Below, one piece after another: positions 24,361-36,911 of a DNA stretch of 64,000 nucleotides. The stretch covers positions 3,658,001 through 3,722,000 of the forward strand of contig CM059433.1 in assembly GCA_030390025.1 (NCBI GenBank). The letters run 5' to 3'. Within the stretch, counting starts at the first letter, position 1. Every line of letters begins with the position of its first letter. Both the position numbers and the translations under genes were made by a program. This DNA is from Squalus acanthias. Taxonomy: Eukaryota. The notes under the pieces were generated by a model. That model was not told where the DNA came from and did no database searches. It worked only from the letters and a program-made list of their open reading frames with translations.

Positions 24361-24665
24361 TATGACCATTTCTTCAGACATATAAAAGACACATCAAAAT
24401 TTTTGCAATGGCAGACAAATGAGTCCTCTGAACTTCCTTATTCACATACTCAACAAGGTGTCCATTCGTGGCACGGCATATGTTGGTTCCATTTCACTGC
24501 GTACCCTGAGCTTTACCAAAAGGTAAGACGCAATACAGGATAACAGTAAAGGAATGCACGAGAAACATTCAGATATACCGAGACATCCAAGAGCAAGAGG
24601 AGGCAGAGAAAAGGAGACAGAAATCAAGGCAACATTCTATTCTTTTATAATATATTATTATATGT

Positions 24666-26006
24666 ATAGAATCATAGAATCATAGGAAGTTACAGCACGG
24701 AAGGAGGCCATTTCGGCCCATCGTGTCCGCGCCGGCCAACAAAGAGCTATCCAGCCTAATCCCACTTCCCAGCTCTTGGTCCGTCACCCTGCAGGTTAGG
24801 GCATCCCAAGTGCACATCCAAGTACTTTTTAAATGTGGTTAGGATTTCTGCCTCTACCACCCTTTCAGGCAGCGAGTTCCAGACCCCCACAACCCTCTGG
24901 GTGAAGAAATTTCCCCTCAAATCCCCACTAAACCTTCCACCAATTACTTTAAATCTGTGCCCCCTGGTTTTTGACCCCTCTGCTAAGGGAAACAGGTCCT
25001 CTCTATCCACTTTATTTAGGCCCCTCACAATTTTATACACCTCAATAAGGTCTCCCCTCAGCCTCCTCTGTTCCAAGGAAAACAAACCCAGCCTATCCAG
25101 TCTTTCCTCATAGCTAAGATTCTCTACTCCCGGCAACATCCTTGTAAATCTCCTCTGCACCCTCTCTAGTGCAATCACATCTTTCCTGTAATGTGGTGAC
25201 CAGAACTGCACGCAGTACTCTAGCTGAGGCCTAACTAGTGTTTTATACAGTTGAAGCATAACCCCCCTGCTCTTGTATTCTATGCCACGGCTAATAAAGG
25301 CAAGCATTCCGTATGCCTTCTTAACCACCTTGTCTACCTGGCCTGCTACCTTCAGGGATCTGTGGACATGCACTCCAAGGTCCCTTTGTTCCTCTACACT
25401 ACTCAGTGTCCTACCATTTAATGTGTATTCCCTTTCCTTGTTAGCTCTCCCCAAATGCATTACCTCACGCTTCTCCGGATTGAATTCCATTTGCCACTGT
25501 TCTGCCCACCTGACCAATTTATTGATATCTTCCTGCAGTCTACAGCTTCCTTCTTCAGTATCAACCACACGGCCGATTTTAGTATCATCTGCAAACTTCT
25601 TAATCGTGCCCACTATATTCAAGTCTAAATCATTGATATATACCACAAAAAGCAAGGGACCTAGTACTGAGCCCTGCGGAACCCCACTGAAAACAGCCTT
25701 CCAGTCACAAAAACACCCATCAACCATTACCCTCTGCTTCCTGTCTCCGAGCCAGTTTTGAATCCAACTTGACACTTTGCCCTGGATCCCATGGGCTTTT
25801 AACTTCGTGACCAGTCTGCCTTGTGGAACCTTATCAAAAGCCTTGATAAAGTCCATATACACTACATCAAACGCACTACCCTCATCTACCCTCCTTGTTA
25901 CCTCCTCAAAAAATTCAATCAAGTTTGTCAGACACGACCTTCCCTTAACAAATCCGTGCTGACTATCCTTGATTAATCTGTGTCTTTCTAAATGAAGATT
26001 TATCCT
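24666..26006 (-). mobile_element. 5'-truncated young CR1 copy with uninterrupted RT C-terminal ORF (24756-25922)
   Basis: 388-aa ORF with GVPQGSVLGP and FADDTK and no stops; (ATTCTATG)n tail; visibly near-identical to 13850-15172. Confidence 0.95.
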
Positions 26007-26170
26007 TTATCTATATATGCATGCAAAAATCTTGCATCTAGCATATGTCCATAGCATAACACCTGAAGCAAGTTTCAGAAAGTCACACACCAGGGTATCA
26101 CACCTCCAAAATGTCAGTTCCTGTAAGTGCAAAAATCATCACTGGCTCAAATAAGATGTTACCAAATAAT

Positions 26171-26902
26171 GGCTCTGAATTTGCGGTCAGCAGTGAAGCA
26201 AAGGCGTTCGCCGTTGACCCCGAAGTAAACTTGGCACAAAGATCGCGCGACCTCTGTGTCGAGAAGTTCGGGTTTTCTGACGCGTAATTCAAATTAACAG
26301 AGTATAGTGGGGATCCCCTAGCGCGAACTGCTGTGATGTCAACAAGCTGTCTGAGCAGCCAATCAAAACGCAGAATCTTCACAGACTGCGAACCAGGAAA
26401 TGGATAAGCTCTTAAAATTCTAACTTTTTCAAAGATTGGGGATCTCACATGGGGAAAAGGCAAACCTGAAATAAAGATGAATAAACTGTTTCTTAAAAAT
26501 TTTAACTTTTATTAAAATGGAAAAAATTGACACTGCACAAAATTAAAATGAGTTTTTTCACGGCCATAACCTTTGTTTAGCAGTTAAACCCCCCCAGTTA
26601 CATCGACTCACTTTGGGTCGAACTTTTAGTGGGGAATTTAACAGCATGGTTACTGCGGAAGAGCCGAAGTTTTCTTCCGTTCCCATGACTTGACAGATTT
26701 CACTGATTGCCGAGTCTGGGGGTTGGGGTGGGTGGGGGTGGAGGGGGGGGGCGTTGTCACAGCGCAGGCTGTGGAGGAGCAGTGACTGACTGACCGCAAC
26801 TTCAGCATTTCCACATTAGGCTGCGCATGCGCTAAATCCTCAAGTTGCGGTCAGCTTCAAATGCTGCCAGTTCATCGTCATCAGGATCAGAAGTTCCAAA
26901 CC
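26171..26902. mobile_element. Probable MITE
   Basis: Degenerate TIRs GGCTCTGAATTT / AAGTTCCAAACC with GC-rich ends and an AT-rich centre. Confidence 0.4.
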
Positions 26903-27173
26903 ATTAAATTACTTGCTGTGAATGAATTAACAGAAGCAAAAAAAAGGGTACCAAAAGCAGCAAAACAAGTTGATGTGTTTTTTTTTAAATACAAGCTTGG
27001 GTCAACGTATATTCAGCATAAAAATATGTAAAAAAAAAACAAACACATAAAATATGCACAGTTCTGGAAAAAAAAGCTCACCGTACAATTGATCCTTTAA
27101 TGTTAGAAATGACTGCAAAAAGTTGCTACAATGTCGGTCTCTGCTTCTTTCTGGGGCCTGAGTTAGAAATGTT

Positions 27174-28848
27174 GGGCTGGATTTTACGAACCTCAGCGGG
27201 TCCGTGGTGGGCGATGTCGGTGTTGGGTCCCGGCTCCATCCCGGCCTCTGAAATGAATTTCCCCTGATTGGGCTTGTTAAGCCCCGCCCAGCACGTTTCC
27301 CGGTCAATTAGAGGAAGCAGGTCTGGCGACGTCATTTGACGATGCGTCATCAGCCGGTTTCCTTAAAGGGACCATGGCCAACTTTCTTTTGACATTTGTG
27401 CTGTCAGTGTTCTACAGCATTGAGGTGCTGCAAACACTGACAATCACTGCACAAAGGTACAGGGCTGCACCCAGGCTCTCCATGACTCCCTCTATATGCT
27501 TATGGAGGGAGTCACAGCACGCAGGGAGGTCCTCTTCCCTTCCCATAGGCGGAAGAGACCTCCCTAGGAAATCAACACAGCCTGGTTGCACATTGCACAG
27601 GAGGACACAAGCAGGGATGTGGTCAGGAGGACCAGGCTGCAGTGCCACAAATGTTTCAATGATCTCAGTAGATCACGAAACGAAAGTACAAAGCCACACT
27701 CAACCTCAGCCTGCTGTGCCTCTCATCACATCCCCATCTCTCTGCCTTCCCTACCCTACTCCTGCACATCCTTACTCACACCAACATACCTTGGGACCTC
27801 CACCCATCCCTCTCTATCTACTTTATCACTTCCCCATCTTACTAGCCACCTCTCACACTCACCCTCATCCTAGTGCAATCATACCAACTAACAACACACA
27901 AGGGTAGGCACTTGGGTGTTTTATGCAATGTTCATGGAAAGTTTCTGTTAATGTGGTGTCAAACATTGAAACCTTTATTTTCAACACTTTGCGTTCTTGG
28001 ACAGATCTGTGTGCACCTTTGGAAGTGGCTTAGTGAGTTGCAGTGAATGGTGAGACATAACGGTACCCCCCGCAATGGTGGTGAGTGTGAAAGGAATGGC
28101 TTGGGCATTGTGGGGATGCTTTATGGTGTTGGTGTGGGGTGGTGCCAACATCATGTGGCAGCCAGGGTGTACAGTGTTAAGTGAAGTAAATCTGGACATG
28201 GTGAGGCCATCGCTGATGTCCCAGGCAGCAATGTGCTCAGGTGCTGATGCCCTCTGTCCTGTGCAGCATCAGTTGATTGCGGAGAAGGTTGGTGTTGTTG
28301 TTAATGCTGCTGGTGTTGGGGCTGATCGTGGTGGGATTCTGAGGACCAAGGTGAGAGAGTTTCAAGGGCACCGATGCTGATGGAATAGATGGTAGCTGAA
28401 GAAGAGATGACAGAAGCGATCTGTCAATGGTGGGAGAGGTAATGAGGTCAGACTGGATGGAGACTTGTGTAAAGACTTGCAGCATTCTGAATCTGTTGTG
28501 GAAATGCAGCTTAGAGAATCTAGTGGTTAAGGGAACATTTCTCAATCAGCTGGGAGCTTTGACTTGACATTTGAAGCTGTCAATTCATCAGCTGATTCAT
28601 TGGCCACTGACCTCCCGCCTCAGCTTCATAGACGACGTCTAGGCACAACGGGAAACTGGCCACTAATGATTTTAATTGCCTCCCCCGCCGCTGCATGTCG
28701 GGTCTGCTCAGCGCTTGCGGACCCGACATTTGGTAAAGGCGTGTGGCAGTGGGTTCACAGCGGAGTCCCGACTCACTGGGGGAAAGAAACACTTTCCCAC
28801 CCAACCCGCCACCGATCGCTCCCGCTGACCCCCCGCAAAATCCAGCCC
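27174..28848. mobile_element. Internally deleted Harbinger element retaining a decayed Myb/SANT exon (+ strand, ~27455-27680)
   Basis: Perfect TIR GGGCTGGATTTT / AAAATCCAGCCC; RAAPRLS..REVLFP..AWLHIAQE..RRTRLQCHKCFNDL homologous to 36671-36911. Confidence 0.8.
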
Positions 28849-29151
28849 GCCATCTGGATTAGTTGCAATCTTCACCTGCTCCCGTGAAAATACAGCAGGT
28901 GCACCAACAACCCAAATCACATGGCTGCCAGGTAGAAAAGGACTGGGGACTTATAACTCCTGTTGACAAAGCCTAGGAGATAGCACCAGTGAAACAGATA
29001 TGTTGAGAGTTAGACGTTTTCACTTTTCTCCCGAGGAACTACAAAACAACATCGGGCAGAAAATAACCAAATAGCTGAGGCACTGCTTAGAAATGGAGGA
29101 TCTCACTTCTTTCCTGCATTTTATAAATAAAATCCTAAACAGTGTTGCTTG

Positions 29152-29616
29152 AAAAAAAGAAAGACTTGCATTTCTATAGCGCCTTTCACGACCGCCAGAC
29201 GTCTCAAAGCGCTTTACAGCCAATGAAGTACTTTTTTGAAGTGTAGTCACTGTTGTAATGTGGGAAACGCGGCAGCCAATTTGCACACAGCAAGCTCCCA
29301 TAAACAGCGATGTGATAATGACCAGATCATCTGTTTTAGTGATGTTGATTGAGGGATAAATATTGGCCAGGACACCAGGGATAACTCCACTGCTCATCTT
29401 CGAAATAATGCCATGGGATCTTTTATATCCACCGGAGAGAGCAGAGGTTTAGCGTCTCATCCAAAAGACGGCACCTCCGACAGTGCAGCGCTCCCTCAGT
29501 ACTGCACTGGCGTGTCGGCCTAGAATTTTGTGCTCAAGTCCCTGGAGTGGGAACTTGAACCCACAACCTTCTGACTCAGAGGTGAGAGAGTGCTGCCCAC
29601 TGAGCCACAGCTGATG
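29152..29616 (-). mobile_element. DeuSINE (SacSINE1-like)
   Basis: Highly similar to 7959-8431 along its full length. Confidence 0.85.
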
Positions 29617-30182
29617 CTCGGGATTACATTTTATTGTGCCACTGATAGGGACAGATATTTGCACCAAGCTGGAAAGGGAGATTTATGAAGGTTTGATGTA
29701 GACCTCTAACATTACGGCTGCAGTCAGCTAACTAGATACAGGCCATGGCAAATTACAATCTGTTCGGCTGCTGGTCAGTGGAGAGTTCAACAACTGGAAA
29801 AGTTTCACTGGGTAACGTTGCACCAAATACAGTTTCATCGTGAACTACAAATCCATTGTGGGAAGCAAATTGGTGAAAAATATCCTTCATAATCAAGTAA
29901 ATACCCGAGAACAAGGAGGACACTTTTGGACAGGCAAGAGGGAAGATCAAACAAATAAAGCACTTAAGAAAATACTAGAAAAATCCACCATGGGAGATAG
30001 AGGAAAAAAGAAACTTGGAATAAAAAAGGTTTTGGCAAGGAAAGAAGGGTTATTTGCAGGTTTAAAGAATTATTAGTTAACCAGTACTACAGGAATAAAT
30101 ATCTGATTTTGCACTCCTTGCCCACCGAGAATGCATATCTGAAATTCTCGCATGTGCTGCGCGAAAAATTGCGACAAGAGTG

Positions 30183-32514
30183 AGCGGGTTTGGGTGAGGG
30201 CGGGTTTGGGAGCGGGTGGGTTTGGGAGCGGGTGGGTTTGGGAGCGGGCGGGTTTGGGAGCGGGCGGGTTTGGGAGCGGGCGGGTTTGGGAGAGGGTGGG
30301 TTTGGGAGTGGGTGGGTTTGGGAGCGGGTTTGGGAGAGGGTGGGTTTGGGAGCGGGTTTGGGAGTGGGTGGGTTTGGGAGCGGGTGGGTTTGGGAGCGGG
30401 CGGGTTTGGGAGTGGGTGGGTTTGGGAGCGGGTTTGGGAGTGGGTGGGTTTGGGAGCGGGTTTGGGAGTGGGCGGGTTTGGGAGTGGGCGGGTTTGGGAG
30501 CGGGCGAGTTTGGGAGTGGGCGGGTTTGGGAGTGGGCGGGTTTGGGAGTGGGTTTGGGAGTGGGCGGGTTTGGGAGCGGGTTTGGGAGTGGGTGAGTTTG
30601 GGAGTGGGTGAGTTTGGGAGTGGGCGGGTTTGGGAGCGGGTTTGGGAGTGGGCGGGTTTGGGAGTGGGCGGGTTTGGGAGCGGGTTTGGGAGTGGGCGGG
30701 TTTGGGAGTGGGCGGGTTTGGGAGTGGGCGGGTTTGGGAGTGGGCGGGTTTGGGAGTGGGCGGGTTTGGGAGTGGGCGGGTTTGGGAGTGGGCGGGTTTG
30801 GGAGTGGGCGGGTTTGGGAGTGGGCGGGTTTGGGTTTGGAAGCGGGCGGGTTTGGGAGTGGGCGAGTTTGGGAGTGGGCGAGTTTGGGAGTGGACGGGTT
30901 TGGGAGTGGGCGAGTTTGGGAGTGGGCGGGTTTGGGAGTGGGCGAGTTTGGGAGTGGGCGGGTTTGGGAGTGGACGGGTTTGGGAGTGGGTTTGGGAGTG
31001 GGCGAGTTTGGGAGTGGGTGGGTTTGGGAGTGGGCGAGTTTGGGAGTGGGCGGGTTTGGGAGTGGACGGGTTTGGGAGTGGGTTTGGGAGTGGGCGAGTT
31101 TGGGAGTGGGTGGGTTTGGGAGTGGGCGAGTTTGGGAGTGGACGGGTTTGGGAGTGGGCGAGTTTGGGAGTGGGCGGGTTTGGGAGTGGACGGGTTTGGG
31201 AGTGGGTTTGGGAGTGGGCGAGTTTGGGAGTGGGTGGGTTTGGGAGTGGGCGGGTTTGGGTTTGGAAGCGGGCGGGTTTGGGAGTGGGCGAGTTTGGGAG
31301 TGGACGGGTTAGGGAGTGGGCGGGTTTGGGTTTGGGAGCGGGCGGGTTTGGGAGCGGGTGGGTTTGGGAGTGAGTGGGTTTGGGAGTGGGCGGGATTGGG
31401 AGCGGGTGGGTTTGGGAGTGGGCGGGTTTGGGTTTGGGAGTGGGTGGGTTTGGGAGTGGGCGGGTTTGGGTTTGGAAGCGGGCGGGTTTGGGAGTGGACG
31501 AGTTTGGGAGTGGGCGAGTTTGGGAGTGGACGGGTTTGGGAGTGGGTTTGGGAGTGGGCGAGTTTGGGAGTGGGTGGGTTTGGGAGTGGGCGAGTTTGGG
31601 AGTGGGTGGGTTTGGGTTTGGGAGTGGGCGAGTTTGGGAGTGGGTGGGTTTGGGAGTGGGCGGGTTTGGGAGTGGGCGGGTTTGGGAGTGGGTTTGGGAG
31701 TGGACGGGTTTGGGAGTGGGCGGGTTTGGGAGTGGACGGGTTTGGGAGTGGGTGGGTTTGGGAGTGGACGGGTTTGGGAGTGGGTGGGTTTGGGAGAGGG
31801 CGGGTTTGGGAGTGGGCGGGTTTGGGAGTGGGTTTGGGAGTGGACGGGTTTGGGAGTGGGCGGGTTTGGGAGTGGACGGGTTTGGGAGTGGGCGGGTTTG
31901 GGAGTGGACGGGTTTGGGAGTGGGTGGGTTTGGGAGCGGGCGGGTTTGGGAGAGGGCGGGTTTGGGAGAGGGTGGGTTTGGGTTTGGGAGTGGGCGGGTT
32001 TGGGAGAGGGCGGGTTTGGGTTTGGGAGTGGGCGGGTTTGGGAGAGGGCGGGTTTGGGAGAGGGTGGGTTTGGGTTTGGGAGTGGGCGGGTTTGGGAGAG
32101 GGCGGGTTTGGGAGAGGGTGGGTTTGGGTTTGGGAGTGGGCGGGTTTGGGAGTGGGTGGGTTTGGGAGTGAGTGGGTTTGGGAGTGGGCGGGTTTGGGTT
32201 TGGGAGGGAGCGGGTTTGGTAGCGAGCGGGTTTGGGAGTGGGCGGGTTTGGGAGTGGGCGGGTTTGGGAGTGAGCGGGTTTGGGAGTGGACGGGTTTGGG
32301 AGTGGGCGGGTTTGGGAGTGGGCGGGTTTGGGAGTGGGCGGGTTTGGGAGTGGGCGGGTTTGGGAGTGGGTGGGTTTGGGAGTGGGTGGGTTTGGGAGTG
32401 GACGGGTTTGGGAGTGGGCGGGTTTGGGAGAGGGCGGGTTTGGGAGTGGGCGGGTTTGGGAGTGGGCGGGTTTGGGAGAGGGCGGGTTTGGGAGAGGGCG
32501 GGTTTGGGAGCGGG
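30183..32514. repeat. G-rich minisatellite, consensus unit GGGAGTGGGCGGGTTT (16 bp, with shorter and longer variants)
   Basis: Directly visible ~2.3 kb array. Confidence 0.97.
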
Positions 32515-32574
32515 CAGGTAGTTAAAAGCCCTGAAATTGACAGCGCAACGGGAAGACGACTTCAACTCACCAGG

Positions 32575-33465
32575 TTGATAGTGAGGAAGAAAGCTGTAGA
32601 CTGTCGGAAGCTATCAATGGACTGGTCGGGTGGGCAGAACAGTGGCAAATGGAATTCAATCTGGAGAAGATTGAGGTAATGCATTTGGGGAGAGCTAACA
32701 AGGCAAGGGAATACACTATAAATGGTAGGAAACTGAGTGGTGTAGAGGATCAGAGCGACCTTGGAGTGCATGTCCACAGATCCCTGAAGGTAGCAGGACA
32801 GGTCGATAAGGCGGCTAAGAAGGCATACGGGATACTTGCCTTTATTAGCCGAGGCATAGAATATAAGAGCAGGGAGGTTATGCTAGAACCGTATAAAACA
32901 CTAGTTAGGCCACAGCTAGAGTACTGCGTGCAGTTCTGGTCACCACATTACAGGAAGGATGTGATTCCACTAGAGAAGGTACAGAGGAGATTCACGAGGA
33001 TGTTGCCAGGATTGAAGAATTTTAGTTATGAGGAAAGATTGGATAGGCTGGGGTTGTTTTTTTTGGAACAGAGGAGGCTGAGGGGAGACTTGATTGAGGT
33101 GTATAAAATTGTGAGGGGCCTAGATAGAGTGGACAGGAAGGACCTATTTCCCTTAGCAGAGAGGTCAATAACCAGGGGCACAGATTTAAAGTAATTGGTC
33201 GGAGGTTTAGAGGGGAGTTGAGGAGAACTTCTTTCACCCAGAGGGTGGTGGGGGTCTGGAACTCACTGCCTGAAAGGGTGGTAGAGGCAGAAACCCTCAT
33301 CGCATTTAAAAAGTACTTGGATATGCACTTGAAGTGCCGGAACCTACAGGGCTACGGACCAAGAGCTGGAAAGTGGGATTAGGCTGGAGAGCTCTTTGTT
33401 GGCCAGCACAGACACGATGGGTCGAATGGCCTCCTTCTGTGCTGTAAACTTCTATGATTCTATGA
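32575..33465 (+). mobile_element. 5'-truncated CR1
   Basis: ORF 32649-33194 is the RT C-terminus; tail TTCTATGATTCTATG. Confidence 0.92.
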
Positions 33466-33666
33466 ATTGAGGGAGCTGAACAAATGACATTTAAAAAAAA
33501 TACTTAGACCTCACACCTGCTTCCTTGCTCTTGATGACACCACTTGTGCTGAGAGTTTGCTTTCAGGAGTTTGCAGCTGATTTCTACAACTTTCGAAGTA
33601 ACTCTCACTATATTGGAGGATTGTGCCTCTGGTCTCCACTTTACTTCTGTCAAATGTCAGACCAGC

Positions 33667-34801
33667 ATGGGTGCCGCTTATGCTGTTTCACCTTGGACCT
33701 CAGATGAGGACCAAGATGGGCAGCAGCAGCCTTCTCCTCACCGACCTGCTGCTCCACAGGAGAGAGGGGATGAGCGCAGGGATGCAGCTTGCAGGAGGCG
33801 ATACCCCAACACGGTGTACAGGCAGAGGATGAGCTTCCTGGACAGGACTGAACAGCAGTGCCTCAGGAGGCTCAGGCTATCGCGCCAGGTCATGGCAGAC
33901 ATTTGTATCTTGCTGGAAGAAGACCTGCTGCCAAGTGGACCGGGTGGACACACCTTACCAGTGGCTGTCAAAGTCACCACCGCCCTCAACTTCTTCGCCT
34001 CAGGCTCCTTCCAGGGGTCTGCAGGAGATATTTGCAGGATCTCGCAGTCGGCCGCCCACAAATGCATCACCCAGGTGACCGATGCCATGTTTGCCAGGGC
34101 AGGCACTTATGTGCACTTTGCCACCGATGAAGCCAGTCAGACTGAGCGACCGCTCGGGTTTGCGGCTCTGGCTGGCTTCCCACAGGTGCAGGGCGTCATC
34201 GACTGCACACATTTGGCCATCAAGGCACCCTCACATCACCCAGGAGTGTTCGTGAACTGTAAGGGCTTCCACTCCCTCAATGTGCAGCTCGTCTGCAACC
34301 ACAAAAAGATCATCATGCATGTGTGCGTCAGATTCCCACGGAGCTGTCATGATTCATTCATCCTGCGCCAGTCCACCCTCAGCTCTTCGCACCTCCAACC
34401 GGACTTACTGGCTGGCTGCTTGGAGACAAGGGGTACCCACTGAAGACGTGGCTGATGACACCCTTGAGGAGGCCAAGCAATGAGGCCGAAGAGCGCTACA
34501 AACAAAGCCAAATGATGACGAGATGTGTAATAGAGCAAACAATCGGGATGCTGAAGATGCCTGGACAGATCTGGAGGAGCCCTTCAGTACACACCAGCCA
34601 GAGTCTCCAGAATGATCGTGGTATGCTGCGCACTGCACAACATAGCACAGCCGCGAGGATTAGAACTGCAGGAGGAGCAAGGCGCAGAGCGCACAGCCTC
34701 TTCAGAGGAGGAGGAGTAGGAACAGGAGGAGGAGGAGGAACCTGAAGTGGACATGGTACAGGCAGCGGCGAGACGGCCTCATAATGGCACGATTTAGTTA
34801 A
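33667..34801 (+). pseudogene. Harbinger transposase (HARBI1-like, DDE_Tnp_4), frameshifted
   Basis: [42 protein letters not shown]; after a frameshift [31 protein letters not shown]; acidic tail. Confidence 0.92.
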
Positions 34802-35090
34802 GATGTAGCAGTGCACCCATATGGCACCCAGATGATGAACTAACTTTCCCCCCACCACCACAAAGCAGTCCTAAAATGACTAAACCATTCCTGTCACACA
34901 CATCCATTGCTCAAAGTTAAGTCATGTCTTACCATTCATTCCAACTGACACGGCCACTTGCCAGGCAGCAGGTAAAAATGGACAAGATGAGAAAGTGGTG
35001 CTAAGAAATAATTTTATTTGGCTCAAAAAGTAAACAGAAACTTAACAATCTAACATTTCATAACACACCCACGTGCATACCCTTGTGCAA

Positions 35091-36911
35091 CTAGAATTCT
35101 TTAATCTTCCTCTTCCTGCCACTCCTTCGCCGTGCAACCCCTGGGGCTTCAGCAGAGGTAGAGACAGGCTGCTCACTTCCCTGCTCTGACTGCTTCAATA
35201 CTTTTGGCGGATGTCTTCTGGATTTTGGAACCTGTGGGTGCCCCACCAAAGACTGATCCTCCTGCACCTGTGCAGGGGCAGACTCGGCCATTGGGACACG
35301 ACACAGCATGTGGGGCTCTGACTGGGGGGTTGGGGGGACAATGGGGGAGAAGTGGGAGCACTTTGAGCAGAGTCCCCACTTACATGTCCCCTTTCACCAT
35401 CATCCCTCTCATGGCTCACCCACACTTCCCTGCTAGCAATGAACTGGAGAGCAGTTTGCTGCACATCAGTGGGGCCATGAAAGGCCAAGTCTAGGTTTCT
35501 AGCCATCCTAAATATGGCTGCATTCAGAGTCTGCAAGCTGTTGACCAGAGCAACCATGCACTCGTTTGACTTCCACATTTGATGCTCCATGCAGGTGGCC
35601 ACCCTTTCCACGGAAGAACACATCATAGCGGTGGCCTGCAACATCATGCTAGTCGTGCTGGAGATGAACTCCTCCATTCTCCCTGCTAGTGTGCACATTG
35701 CAGCTGGAAATCCTGCCAGAACCTCCCGCATTTTCTGTTGCTCTACCAGAATCATCCCCTTTGTCGACGGCCTCCGAGGTTCAGTATCTTCGTCTAGTTG
35801 AGCAGAGCTAGGAGCGTCCTGCGCTCTCCAGCGAGGACTCTCCACTGCTGTCCCTGTCTCCACCATCTGCTCTTTCTCACAGTGATGTGTGAGCCACCAG
35901 GTGACAACACTACTTTCTGACTTAGTGACCCACCGACGTGTGTGTATCTGCGCTGGTGCTTGGTGTGCATGGGTCCTGTGATGGTGCACCCTCAGAGTCC
36001 GCGACCTCCTCTGAGGAGTCTTCCTCCTCTTACTGGACAGTGGTGGGGGACACTTGATGGGTCTGTGGGAGAGTAAAGACATGAATTAAAACTGTTATGG
36101 TAAGAATGTTTTAAGTTACCATTATGCACATGATCATATTTCATTGGCTGCTGACATCAAGTCAACATGAGTGACTCTTGTATGTCGTGTGGCTGTGTGA
36201 TATTTAATTCTGTCACCAGGTAGTTGAGAGGTCCCCCTCTCTCCATCTCCCACCGCCTGCAACTCAGCTTATCTCCAGCGCCTCCTCCTCTGCTGCAGTC
36301 AGTGGTGTCATCACTGGAGGGCCACCTCCGGTTCTCTGTCTCTCCGGGGTGTTCTGTGCTCTCTCCTCCTGCAAGGAGGGAAACAAGAGACCTTTGAGTG
36401 AGAGTCACGGAATGAGTGGAACGGCTGGATGGGCAACATCTGTTGAGGGTGACTATGAGGGAGTGGTGTGACATTGCATTATGAGGGTGAGTGTCAGTGG
36501 TGGATGGTCAGGTGGGGATGTGAGGAAGTGCCTAGACAGAGAGGGATGGGTGCACCTGCAAGGTAGGTTGGTGTGGGGAATGATCTGCAGGAGCAGGCTT
36601 GGGAAGGCAGAGTGAGGGGGTTGGGGTGACACGCACATCAGGATGTAGTTGAATGTGGCATTGTACTCACCTTTCCTGCCCTCATGAGGTCATTAAAGCG
36701 CTTCCTGCACTAGATCCAGGTCCTGCTGACAACACTCCTGCTGCTCACTTCTTCAATGATCTCCAGCCATGCCTTCTTTGTCTGGGCAGCTGGCCTCTTC
36801 CTCCCGTCAGCAGGGAACAGGGCGTCCCTGCGGGCCCCTGACTCCTTAGAGCAGGATTTCCAGGGAGGCATCACTGAACCTCGGGGCAGCTTTCGGTCAT
36901 TGAGCCTGCAT
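35091..36911 (-). pseudogene. Harbinger Myb/SANT-like DNA-binding partner gene; three predicted exons (36911-36671, 36368-36217, 36062-35091), disrupted
   Basis: AAPRFSDASLEILL..KKAWLEIIEEVSSRSVVSRTWI*CRKRFNDL then GTGAGT donor; exon 2 RAQN..ERQRTGGGP; basic C-terminus RRRSGRKRKIKEF; internal stops. Confidence 0.8.

Noticed and set aside
30183..32514. Interstitial telomere or CRISPR-like array
   Set aside because: The unit is not TTAGGG (only one such variant noticed, near 31309), there are no unique spacers and no cas genes, and the context is vertebrate.
30152..32679. 829-aa and overlapping G/W-rich ORFs
   Set aside because: Translations of the 16-bp satellite, which lacks stop codons; all frames give the same periodic peptide.
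33571..34443. Host gene HARBI1
   Set aside because: Frameshifts, an adjacent decayed Myb partner and a TIR indicate a transposon copy rather than the domesticated gene.
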